From assembly GCA_964252035.1 (NCBI GenBank), contig OZ176209.1: DNA of 64,000 nucleotides. One strand, written 5' to 3'. Position numbers and translations under genes: made by a program. Within the stretch, counting starts at the first letter, position 1. Each line of letters starts with the position of its first letter. The stretch is from Podarcis erhardii (taxonomy: Eukaryota). The notes beneath the pieces were generated by a model that saw only the letters and a program-made list of their open reading frames with translations, had not been told where the DNA came from and did not search any database. Below, piece by piece: positions 1-58,000 of this stretch.

Positions 1-48
1 TGCGATTGGGCTGGATCTGGCCCCCGGGCCTTAGTTTGCCTACCCGTG
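1..48 (-). mobile_element. End of a hAT-type MITE (truncated by window edge)
   Basis: Reverse complement closely matches the left end of the element at 27899 (gggtaggcaaactaagg...ccggatccggcccaatcgc). Confidence 0.75.
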
Positions 49-309
49 CTCTAAGGTCTTAGACAAATATTCTTTCCCGGCCTGGCTACCCAAGATTCTT
101 TTTAACTAGATGTGCCAGGGATTGAACCTGGAACACAAAGCACCCTGTCTACCAATGATATACTTCTGTAAGAAATGATAAAATCCCAGTTGAAGATGTA
201 AGCAACTATCTTCATAAGTCTTCTTGATCAAAAAAGCAGCAACTGGCAACTAAGTGATAAATCTGTTCTGTTGCCACAGTAAATGATTCACTTTCCCCAT
301 CTCATCTCA

Positions 310-47114
<46,805 letters not shown>

Positions 47115-47134
47115 GGTGGTTTATAACCAGGGAC
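47115..47134 (-). other. MYH9: 5' UTR part of MYH9 exon 2 (20 nt)
   Basis: Acceptor cttcttttcatag|GTCCCTGGTTATAAACCACC-ATG with a pyrimidine tract; implies an upstream non-coding exon 1. Confidence 0.85.
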
Positions 47135-47192
47135 CTATGAAAAGAAGAAGTTGCAATGTTATTACCTTGCCAACATTTTGACACTACAACCT

Positions 47193-47629
47193 TAGAATCA
47201 TAGAATCATAGAGTTGGAAGAGACCACAAGGGCCATCGAGTCCAACCCCCTGCCAAGCAGGAAACACCATCAGAGCACTCCTGACATATGGTTGTCAAGC
47301 CTCTGCTTAAAGACCTCCAAAGAAGGAGACTCCACCACACTCCTTGGCAGCAAATTCCACTGTCAAACAGCTCTTACTGTCAGGAAGTTCTTCCTAATGT
47401 TTAGGTGGAATCTTCTTTCTTGTAGTTTGGATCCATTGCTCCGTGTCCGCTTCTCTGGAGCAGCAGAAAACAACCTTTCTCCCTCCTCTATGTGACATCC
47501 TTTTATATATTTGAACATGGCTATCATATCACCCCTTAACCTCCTCTTCTCCAGGCTAAACATGCCCAGCTCCCTTAGCTGTTCCTCATAAGGCATCGTT
47601 TCCAGGCCTTTGACCATTTTGGTTGCCCT
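47193..47629 (-). mobile_element. CR1 LINE 3' fragment (5'-truncated)
   Basis: Open ORF2 C-terminus (YEEQLRELGMFSLEKRRLRGDMIAMFKYIKG...RFHLNIRKNFLTVRAV) followed by the (ATTCTATG)n terminal repeat. Confidence 0.95.
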
Positions 47630-49152
47630 TCACTGAATCAGATTTATCATTTTAATACTCATTCACTCAGTTTCGAGAGATCCTTTTGGTTTTGGAGCAC
47701 CTCACAGCCTCTTTTAGTTAAAAAGTACCCCGAACAACTTGGTGTCATCAGCAGATTTTGCTAACTCATCTCCAGAAAAAGCTAGGAAGATGTTCTGTCT
47801 CATGCTGCAGACTTGGGTTCACCTGAAATAGGCACCAGTTCCCTCACCAACACCGATTTCAAATCTTTGGCCATGTTACTGTTTAAATGCCATGCAATCA
47901 TTAGAAGTAGGTTCATGTTGTCAGCTTAAACACTCTATAGAGGCAAGAACACTAGAGATAACTGTAAAGATATTTTAGGTCCTTGTAAAGGAGTTCTGAG
48001 TAGACAAGGCCATTGACTCCAAGTTGCATGCCCAGATAAACTATTCACCTATTGCTTCCCCACAGATTCATTAGCCCCTGTGGGTCACAAATAGGCAGTG
48101 ACCGGATGCATACAAGCACCCAATTACTCAAGCAAACAAGCTTGAAGGAACACACAAGAAGCTGGCAACTACATATCAACACAATGTGGTAGTGCTACAA
48201 TTAGCCTCCTCCCCCTAGGCCTTAACTAGACTGGGGGGGCGGGCAGCTTCACATAGTCAAAGTGGTTTTCCCCTCAGTTAAAAACAGCTATTTAAAATGG
48301 ATGGGTCACACCTGAGGAGAATATACATGTTCTACCCCAATGAAACTGTAAAATGATATTAAGTTATGCCAAATCATAGGAAATACAGAGATGAAAAACT
48401 TACTAAGGTTAATAACTTTTCAGTAGATATGACACAACCCGATTTCTTATCAACATTTGTCAGTTCCCTGGAACATATGTAAGATATCTGAAGAAATACT
48501 GACTAAGTCTACAGTGGTCTACAGTTATTTACAGCAAACTACAGCTATTTACAGACTGACAGCCCTAGCATGGGTAGGAAAGCAGGTCGTCTTTTCTTCC
48601 TATCTAGAAATTAGAATTCCTTTCTTTGCTATTATGCCTACAAATGATTTAACTTGGGCTGCCAGCCTCACTCAATCCCTTGTGGCATCTGTTAATAGCC
48701 TGAAAGTAAAAGTAAAACCTCCAGGCTGGCAGGAGACTCACCCTGACTAGAGCAGACCTGTTAGATTAGAAAAAAGTGGCTGCCAGGTAGCCACTTCTAT
48801 TTTTCCACAATGAGAAAAAAAACTCAGAACTACTTTAGGACTTGCCACTTTATGTGGCTCACTATGCAACACAAGTGGTCCATTGTATTAGGTATTTCAA
48901 AACCTTACAAACTTCCTGTCTCTCTGCATTGTGTGTGCATGCATACAGCCGTCAAGAACCAAGCTTTTCAGCCAGCCTTTGCACACCACAGTGTCAATAC
49001 TGCTGCATGCTGCTAGCCAAAGCTGCCCATGAAGACATTTAGAATACAAATAGGTCTCCCTCCAGAGTCAACCAAGTTACAAAATAGTTGGTAAACTGCA
49101 GCAAGACTTGTTCAAGGACGTACTGTGGATATACGTTTCCATTAAGCCTTTC

Positions 49153-49153
49153 A

Positions 49154-49193
<40 letters not shown>

Positions 49194-49201
49194 AAAGAAA
49201 G
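49153..49201. repeat. (AAAG)10 tetranucleotide microsatellite with imperfect end
   Basis: Counted directly from the sequence. Confidence 0.97.
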
Positions 49202-49295
49202 CCATCATTTTTATGTCACCTTAGTCTCAAAAGCAAGTGTTCAGATAGCTTGCATTCACCTAAATATGCATTTACTTATGATTAACCATGCAAAC

Positions 49296-49627
49296 GTGGG
49301 TGGCGCTGTGGGTAAAACCTCAGCGCCTAGGACTTGCCGATCGCATGGTCGGCAGTTCGAATCCCTGCGGTGGGGTGCGCTCTCGTCATTCGGTCCCAGC
49401 ACCTGCCAACCTAGCAGTTTGAAAGCACCTCCGGGTGCAAGTAGATAAATGGGGACCGCTTACCAGCGGGAAGGTAAACGGCGTTCCGTGTGCTGCGCTG
49501 GCTCGCCAGATGCAGCTTGTCACGGAAGTGTCTGCGGACAGCGCTGGCTCCCGGACTATAGAGTGAGATGAGCACACAACCCTAGAGTCTGGCAAGACTG
49601 GCCCGTACAAGCAGGGGTACCTTTACC
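49296..49627 (+). mobile_element. Sauria-type SINE, divergent subfamily, intron 1
   Basis: gggtggcgctgtgg head, ggttcgaatcc-like B box, ggggtacctttacc tail; perfect 14-bp TSD ttaaccatgcaaac (49282-49295 and 49628-49641). Confidence 0.93.
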
Positions 49628-49671
49628 TTAACCATGCAAACAAGGCACTTTGGATTTTGTTAGAAATTGAA

Positions 49672-49748
49672 AACATAAGAGGAGTCTGCTGGATCAGGCC
49701 AATCACCCATCTAGTCCAACATCCTCTCACAGTGACCAACCAGATGCA
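49672..49748 (-). mobile_element. Short degenerate LINE 3'-end or SINE-tail fragment
   Basis: aacataagaggagtctgctggatcaggcc...tctagtccaacatcc resembles a common squamate retroposon tail (from recall). Confidence 0.45.
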
Positions 49749-50823
49749 AATTAGAAGTAAGCAAAGAAGAATAATGTGCTGGGGCTATATTTAATGCAAG
49801 AAACCAATGTGGAGCTCATACTGGCAGAATTTGCTGGAGAAATCAAAAAGCAAAAAGTTACATTATGTAAAGCCCAATAAAAGCTCTTCAAACAAACAAG
49901 AACTATCCTAGAGCCAAGTATTTCCAGTGATACACCATGCTTCATGATGCCTAATCATAGTGTGGGAGCCAAAAATATGCCACAGGTCTTTGCTAAAATA
50001 GGAGAAAACTCTGGTGATTTAGGTCTATAAATTTGTCACTCAGGAGCCAAAGGAAAAGGTGGGGAATAATTCATTGTACTGCATTCAGAATTGTATCAAG
50101 GCTGGCAAGGCAACAGCTGTAGTCTAAACTTCTGCTACACAGCTTCCTGCAATTGCAACTTCCAAGTATCTAACTATTTGCCTTTTTTGGCCATAATTGA
50201 GCAAGACACACCAGGAGAATGAGCGCTTCCAGCTGAATTTGGTTACTTTTAGTTTCATCATTTCCTGAAAACTAACTGAAGAGCTGTATAGTCAGCTTAA
50301 AATATTCTTCTATTTCTTTAGGCCCTTTCTGCTTAGAATACATCTGGCATGGTTTTGTCATTCCTCATGCCTTCAGAGAAAAAGAGTTATTTTGGTTGAC
50401 AGCCTTTGAGATGCATGACATTCTGGAAATTTTACTTCCATGTCCTGTGCACAGTCTAAGTCACTAGGTATCTCCAGCAGCAAGGACCTAGCATTGAAAT
50501 TCAAATCCCATAAGCCCCTGGCAGCTGTGCCAATGAGCGGGGGCAATGGGAGTTGCAGACTAACGACATCTAGCAGGCCACAGTTTTTCCACCTCGCCTG
50601 CCCCAGCAGCACATAAATCTATTTCTCCCCATCTTAGCAGAGAAGGGGCCCCTGTTGTAATATTGTTCACCAAGATGACCAATTACTCTTGAGTTCACTT
50701 TTTCCGAGAAGTAATTGGCCAACATTTCCAGTATATAATACTAATAACTGAAAATATTATTTGGGGGGGGCATTCTTACAGCGGAATTATACCAACATAT
50801 CCATACAAAGATCATATCCATAC

Positions 50824-51512
50824 GAAGATCATGGCCGAAACGAAGATCATGGCCACTGGGCCCATCACCTCCTGGCAAACAGAAGGGGAAGAAATGGAGG
50901 CAGTAAGAGATTTTACTTTCTTGGGCTCCATGATCACTGCAGATGGTGACAGCAGTCACGAAATTAAAAGACGCCTGCTCCTTGGGAGAAAGGCAATGGC
51001 AAACCTAGACAGCATCTTAAAAAGCAGAGACATCACCCTGCCAACAAAGGTCCGTATAGTTAAAGCCATGGTTTTCCCAGTAGTGATGTATGGAAGTGAG
51101 AGCTGGACCATAAAGAAGGCTGATCGCCGAAGAATTGATGCTTTTGAATTATGGTGCTGGAGGAGACTCTTGAGAGTCCCATGGACTGCAAGAAGATCAA
51201 ACATATCCATTCTTAAGGAAATCAGCCCTGAGTGCTCACTGGAAGGACAAATCGTGAAGGGCTGAGGCTCCAATACTTTGGCCACCTCATGAGAAGAGAA
51301 GACTCCCTGGAAAAGACCCTGAGGTTGGGAAAGATGGAGGGCACAAGGAGAAGGGGACGACAGAGGACGAGATGGTTGGAGGGTGTTCTCGAAGCTACAA
51401 ACATGAGTCTGACCAAACTGTGGGAGGCAGTGAAAGACAGCAGTGCCTGGCGTGCTCTGGTCCATGGGGTCACGAAGAGTCGGACACGACTAAATGACTA
51501 AACAACAACAAC
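50824..51512 (+). mobile_element. BovB (RTE clade) LINE 3' fragment
   Basis: RT C-terminal peptides (SSHEIKRRLLLGRKAMANLDSILKSRDITLPTKVRIVKAMVFPVVMYGSESWTIKK...; LRLQYFGHLMRREDSLEKTL) split by one frameshift near 51260; (CAA)n tail; target duplication atccatac on both sides. Confidence 0.95.
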
Positions 51513-52593
51513 ATCCATACATTTCACAAACAGGTGTGTGCCAAACTGTGTGTGCAGTCAGGTATGTGAAAAGCCTTAAGAGTGAACAGAAGCTGAGCTC
51601 AGGTTCTACTAGAATAGTTTATGAGCTCTGATCCAGGTAACTGATCCAATAGCAACCATAATCTTATTAGGAGTTTCTCAGGGAGCCACATCATGTACAG
51701 CCATGGGGGAATATTAAACATGCTCCTGAGCACACACCAAATTCACACAGAAGGTGACAAGACTGAAAAGACCTAGCCAGCATAAGGAGAGAAGGAACCT
51801 TGGAGTGTTTTCAGAATCCACTTTAGTTCACAGGGCTTCTGTGAAAAGCAAATCTATGTGTTCCTTGACTGTAGGACATTTGAAAACAAAAAAAGGAACT
51901 ATTAATGTCTGTCATTACTAAATGCAAAAAGAAGAGTGTAAACAACAGAGTAAGGGTGGGACAACGTCTATAAGATGAACAGCAAGGGACCAAGAAACGG
52001 AAAAATGTTAGACCTTCCTTAAGTCACAAATATGATGATCTAGTAGAGACTGTAAGCTTTAACAGGAAATGGCAACAGGCCGGTTGTAGGATGTGAAAAA
52101 GCTCACACCACATCCTGACAACAATTATCAGCAGTACACCAAGTGACACACACTAGTCATCATACACCCTAACTGAACCTATTGCCCCTTTATGCTTTCA
52201 CAACTATGAGTTCTCTCCATGGAATAACTTGGATTCTGTACTTGTTTTTCTTTCTTTATGTCCATTTATGTTATTGGTTGTTACCTGTTAAATAGATTTT
52301 AAAAATAATGCATTATTAAAAACAACTATGTTACCTAATTTAGTGTTCCATACTTGGCGAAAGTCAGCTCTAGCACAGATCCGTATTGTCTACTTCCAGA
52401 AAAGGTAACTTATTAAACACTGAATGTATGCTGGAAAAATGCTGAGAGATCAAAGACTGCACCTTATCGGTATCATTAACATGATCTGCACATCACTTTA
52501 TCAGCATTATGAGCTGTGAAAAGGTACCACATTTTAACCAACTGTTGAATGTTTATCACAGGAAACACTTTTCAACCATTCAAGTCCACTTGA

Positions 52594-52740
52594 ACAGAAT
52601 TGCTTTTGGGACTCTGCCATTGCTCAACAAGGTCAGTAAATTAATATAAAAGACCATAAGCAACAAATCTGCTTAACAAACAGGAAATTTGGTCTCAGAC
52701 TGACGGGGGTATGGTACTTAAATGTGTCCAATGAATATTA
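52594..52740. repeat. Local direct duplication, copy 1 (147 bp)
   Basis: Manual alignment to 54902-55043 gives about 18 mismatches plus one 5-nt gap. Confidence 0.9.
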
Positions 52741-53924
52741 TGTCTGCTTTCAAGATATTACACACACAAACAAGGCATAGGATTTAGTTAAAGGGGGTGG
52801 AAGAAATAACTGTTCAAGTTTGCAGCACACATTTATTTGTAGCACATCACATTTTCCCCTTCCTCCTTTTTTTTTTTTTTCTTGCTAGTGATGCTGCTCT
52901 ATTTTTATCAACGCAGAACAGTTTTGACCATTTGAGTATTTGCTAGTTAATGTGTTTTTCAGGAATTTTCTTTCAACTTAAAGCAGCTTTCCCCACCTGA
53001 TGCCCCCCAGAGGTTTGGGACAAAGATTCTCAACAACCCTGACCATGACCATGTTGGAGGGCACTGGGTTGAGGAGTGCTCTCCCAGCGCTATTTTTTTT
53101 TTTTTTTTTTTGAATGGAAGCCAAGTTTCTTAAGATGTTAAAGGTGCACAGACTCTCCAATGGAGGAGCTGGTGAATCCCCTACTCTAAGCAAGCATTAT
53201 CTTACTGGATACCTCCTGCTGTACAATAAGATGATACAAGTTAGTAGAAGCCAACATAAATGTTAAACTGAACAGTAAAACTCAACTAAGAAAGAAGTTT
53301 GGGTCCAGCTTGTTCCTAGAACTGATCTGCTAATTACAGATATAGCATCAACATCTGCAGTCATGGCGGAACGCTAAACAGCAAGAGTATTGGGCAGGTA
53401 GCCACCCCTTTGATGTCCATAATGCCCCTTTGAGACCATAATGAGATTTGCTGGAGCACATGCAACAGCAGTAGTTTGGGAGAGACTCTTTCCTGTGCTC
53501 CTGCCCACTGGCTCTTTACCATTCTATTGTAAAGCTGGGCTAGTTACAGGTGTGTGGTCCCTGTTACCATCCACACTTTGATTCAGTCATAACCAAGACA
53601 TCTAGAAGCAACTCAGATCATCTCAAGCACGTAGGTTTAAGGGAGACTGTAGGGCGTTTCAGCATTCTCAGAGCAAACATTTCTTTCTCACATGAGCAAA
53701 AAAACATTTCAAATGAAGCCCCTTACTCATAATATTGTAGTGTACCACAGCCACAGTCCTTTCAGTACAGATGTGAAGTGAAGACAATGGGAAAGGTGGG
53801 AGGAGTTGCATCTTAGTCTAGCCATGCATGCAGACATTACAAAAGTTAATTAACACCATAATCAGCCATGGGAGGGTATACAAATGCAGCCTCTGTGGTG
53901 TATATATTTGATGGAGGCATATGG

Positions 53925-54059
53925 CAGGAATCGGCAAACTTTGACACACCCCACACAGATGCTGCTGAACTACAGCCTTGACCACTGGCCTATGTCAACT
54001 AGGGTTGATGGGACTTTGAGCCCAACAACATCTGGAAGGCCACAGGTTCCGCATCCCTG
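53925..54059. mobile_element. Old short hAT-like non-autonomous element (related remnants near 50500-50605 and 59420-59530)
   Basis: caggaatcggcaaact ... ggttccgcatccctg ends and shared gatggga-t-gta-tccaac core among the copies; no TSD recoverable. Confidence 0.5.
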
Positions 54060-54901
54060 CTCCAAGGAGTCTCATATATTCCCAGTAATCCTTACAGTCA
54101 CCTTGTTAGGGTAGGTTGTTATTCTCCTATTTAAATGGGAAGTCAAGAGAGAACACAGAACTGTATAAGAGCCAAACTGGTCATGACAACAGCAGACTCA
54201 TGCATGACAACCAAATTCTAACAGAAGGTGGAAAGTGAACTCTTCTTACTAAATCACCTCTCCCAATATGCTCCCTTTGCTGCAAAGGGGGAAAGCAGCT
54301 TGCGCAAGAAGATTGTGTTAACAGTAAGGATTTGGCAAACGTCTCACCCAGCCATAACATGGAGTTGCAACACACAATTAGTATTCTGCAGAATCTGAGC
54401 TGCACTGTGCCACCTACTGGGTACGTAACCAAACACTGACATTCGAACCAGGGATTTCCTAGTTCACCAGCGCCCCACCCTCCTTCCCATAGTTATACCA
54501 TGCACCCCACACACTATGGAACCTGCATCTCTCTTTTAGGGAACATCTTAAGAAGCTATTTGCTGAACATGCACAAGAGATCCTTTCTCAATTCCTGAGC
54601 TTTCTACAGGATCCAGGTGTTTCAGATGAAGGCTGACGAACTGATAACACCATCTGCACAAGACTGGGAAGGAGAGGGTAAGATACAGTCTACCTTTCAG
54701 GAATCTAGACATTCCATTTGCTGAACCCTTTCTGCAGGATTTCTAGTATTAAAGGTTTGTGAGAACCTGCCCCCTGAAAAAAGTGAAGCTTCCTTTAGGC
54801 TTCAGAAGCATCTGGAAAAACAGGACACACTGCTTGCAGTTTATTTCTCCAGTACTATTTGTATTACCCCCCTTGGCCTACTGTTTACTTTATCAGTGGC
54901 C

Positions 54902-55043
54902 ACAGAATTGCTGTTGGGACTCTGCCATTGCTCATCAAGGTCAGCACATTAATATAAAAGAGTATAAGCAGAAAGACTGCTTAACAAACAGGAAATTTTG
55001 TCTCTAAATGACCATGCTACTTGAATGTATCCAATGAATATTA
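54902..55043. repeat. Local direct duplication, copy 2 (142 bp)
   Basis: See copy 1; same orientation, 2.3 kb downstream. Confidence 0.9.
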
Positions 55044-58000
55044 ACCCACACAGTTTTTCCTGATTTAAGCATTGCACGCTCTTGCAAATAGGTAACTGCA
55101 CAACAAGCCCCAGGCAAAGTTGCTGGAAAGACAATAACCTTTTCAGTTGTAGTTAAAGCCTCATTTTCAGGGAAAGATGACAGTTCATTTTCACCAGTTT
55201 GGAGCATTTAACTATTGAGCCCTAATAGGACCTAAGCAGCTAGTTCTTTCCCACCTAAATCAAATGCAAAGCCTTGAAACAGAATAGCCCAAATGAAGTC
55301 TGTAATGAAACTTCTGGGGGAAAGTTGTTCCCAGAGTTATACTGCACTTTGTTCTGATGGAACCAAGCTTCTATTGCTCAAGCAGTCTGAGCGTGGTTTG
55401 CTCAAGTGTAAGGGGGAGGGGAAAGCAGTAAGATATAATTACACAGCAAATGCTACCTAACTGGTAAGTGCAGTGTGTAGGTTAAGCAAGGGGTGAGGTG
55501 GTGAAAGTGCACTATGTGATCATGATCTCAAACCTATTGCTTACAGGACAAAGCCCAATTCACTGGGTATTCTCCTGAATCTGTGGAGAAACTGAGCCTC
55601 TGATTCTCAGGAGCAACACATTCAATTACTCTCAAAATCTGAAGCACACAAACTACAATACTTAAAGACAGAGGCATGTAGAAATTTCTACAGCTTATAA
55701 AGATGTTTGAGCTTCATTTGTCAAACATGGCAAAAGCACATTCATGTCTCACAATTCCTTTGGACATGCAAAGTTGTCATCTGAAGTCTTTATGCCCAAT
55801 TTTCTCCAATTTAATTGTACATGGGGGCATTACTGTATTCCCCATACCTGTGCATTCTGTAACACAGAGCAACTGAAGCAGAGAAATCTGTTGAAAGTAC
55901 TCAGTGATTAATTGAGGTGACAAGTACAGCAGTACACTCCTTGACTTTTGAAATTATGAAATGAGAGGCACTCTGATTAGCAATATCCTGTTGCTGATGT
56001 TGCACAGTAAAAGAGGAGTCAGAGCAACTGAAAATTAGTTGCAAGATCAAAATTGAATGCTGAGTTGGAAGAGCCACATTATAACACAAGTGAGAAGCCA
56101 GAGGGCTCTATAGTTCACAAGTTCAAGTCGCTCCTCATATAGGCACAGCCTTTGTTTCAATGATAAGTATTTCACAACACTCACATACACACACACTTTT
56201 TTATAAAAGCAATGTTAAGTGCAATGAGGCACCTTTCTGTGACAGTGGGAAAAAATAACTGTCAAGGCTTTCACACAAACTAAATATGGTGTGTCACAAT
56301 AAAATTTGATATGCTGTGCAATCCTATACAGGTTTACTCAGCAGCAAGGTCCAGTGAGTTGAGTGGAACTAATACCCAGGTAAGTAAGCATAGGATTGCA
56401 GCCTTAAGTAACTGTTAAAGTCTCTCTCTCCAGGAATCTGAGCTCTTTATCGACATTCAAGTAGTCTACTTTTTTTTTGCAGCTGATTGGTACTTGGATG
56501 CACTACTTCAGACCACTCATTTTGAAGTTTAGTTTATTATCCCAGGGTATAGAGCTGCCACCATTCAAAAATATGAACTGCACTATTCACTTGGTGTCAA
56601 GCAAGTTCTGAACTAAGGAAATATAAATAGTAATATGCCACAACATGAAATAAGTGTGAAAATTTAACTGGCATAAACCTCTTGGTATCAGTGTGGTTGC
56701 AAGGGAGGGTCCACAAATTACCATACCTATATTGGAAAGGCAGTAGCAATTCTGCCATTTTACGTACAAACAGAAGATGCAACCCAAGCCATATGGTTCA
56801 CATGTTAAGATTATCCCCATATTCTGGCCCTATTGGTTGCAACTGTTAACACAAAATTAACTGACTCTTCTTAAAAGTTCCACATCACTTTAAATTTAGA
56901 AGTCATCTTTCCCTTCATGATGAATTGTTTGGCTCTTGCTGCTTTCCAATTCTTAGATTAAATAATTGTATTATTTAACCATTTCCTTCTTCCACTCTTC
57001 CCGACTCACCTCTACAGGACTTGAGGAATGCCAGCTGCAGACCAACAAGTCATTACTAGCCTCTGTATGGTATCAAAGGGAAACATTCTTATAACAGGAG
57101 GCAAGGGAAACCCATGATTGGGCTTTTCTTCTCAGAAGGCTTACGACTGGTTAACTAGAGAGCCCATGCAAACTTAGATGGGCTCGTGGTTACAACAAAA
57201 ACAGAAGTACCCCTGCAAACAGATTAGGATATTGGGGGGCGGGGTACTACTGCCAAGGCAAAATACTTTGCATTCAAAGCTTTCGTGTTTTGTCTTACCA
57301 CCCTTTCCCCACACAATCACCATTGCTGAAATACAGAAGTGCAATGGCAGGGGTGGAAAAGTGGTATGGAAACTCCACAGTAGTGACAGGCCACTCCTGC
57401 CATTACAGACCAACTGCAGAGTTAAGTCCTAGGACACGTTGCACTCAAGAGTGAAGCTGATATTAATTAGTTCAGCTTACAGAGTATGGGAACTGGTGCA
57501 TGGAAATAGCATTGTGTTATGGGGAGGGGTGTAGAGGTGGTTATTAGTTTCAAACTCCATCTGCAGCACACTTAAGCCCAACTGGCAGCAACCCAAAGCT
57601 TAAAAAGTTTGGAATATATCTTATTCCAAGCTAAATGTAGCATAGTATGCTTTCTGAAACTGTTGTTTCCTATTACCATGTGTGCAATACATGCCTTCTC
57701 AGCATAGGAAAGAGACAGCATGCCCACAAGGAAAACATTCCAGAGGGAGAACACATTCTTCGTGACCACTCAGTAGAGTAATCCCACTTTAAGATGACAG
57801 CAGTGGCTTCAGAGACTCCAGCCCAGCCCTGCTGCTCAAAGGGTTTGGTTTAGAGTTCACTATGTCTCCCTGGGCAACAGGATCTTAAGAGACAGGCCTG
57901 GGACATTGCACAAGATGACAATATTGAAGCAAAAGTTCCTATCCCCACAGGCTTTGAGTGCTCAGCATAGGAGCCCAAAGTACTGCCAACAATACCTCCA

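Noticed and set aside
50956-51473. 169-aa and 83-aa minus-strand ORFs
   Set aside because: They are antisense to the BovB fragment and explained by it.
52594-52740. snoRNA interpretation of the duplicated element
   Set aside because: An AGAC(A/C)A H-like box exists on the gene strand, but I could not build two full hairpins or find a terminal ACA, nor properly placed C and D boxes.
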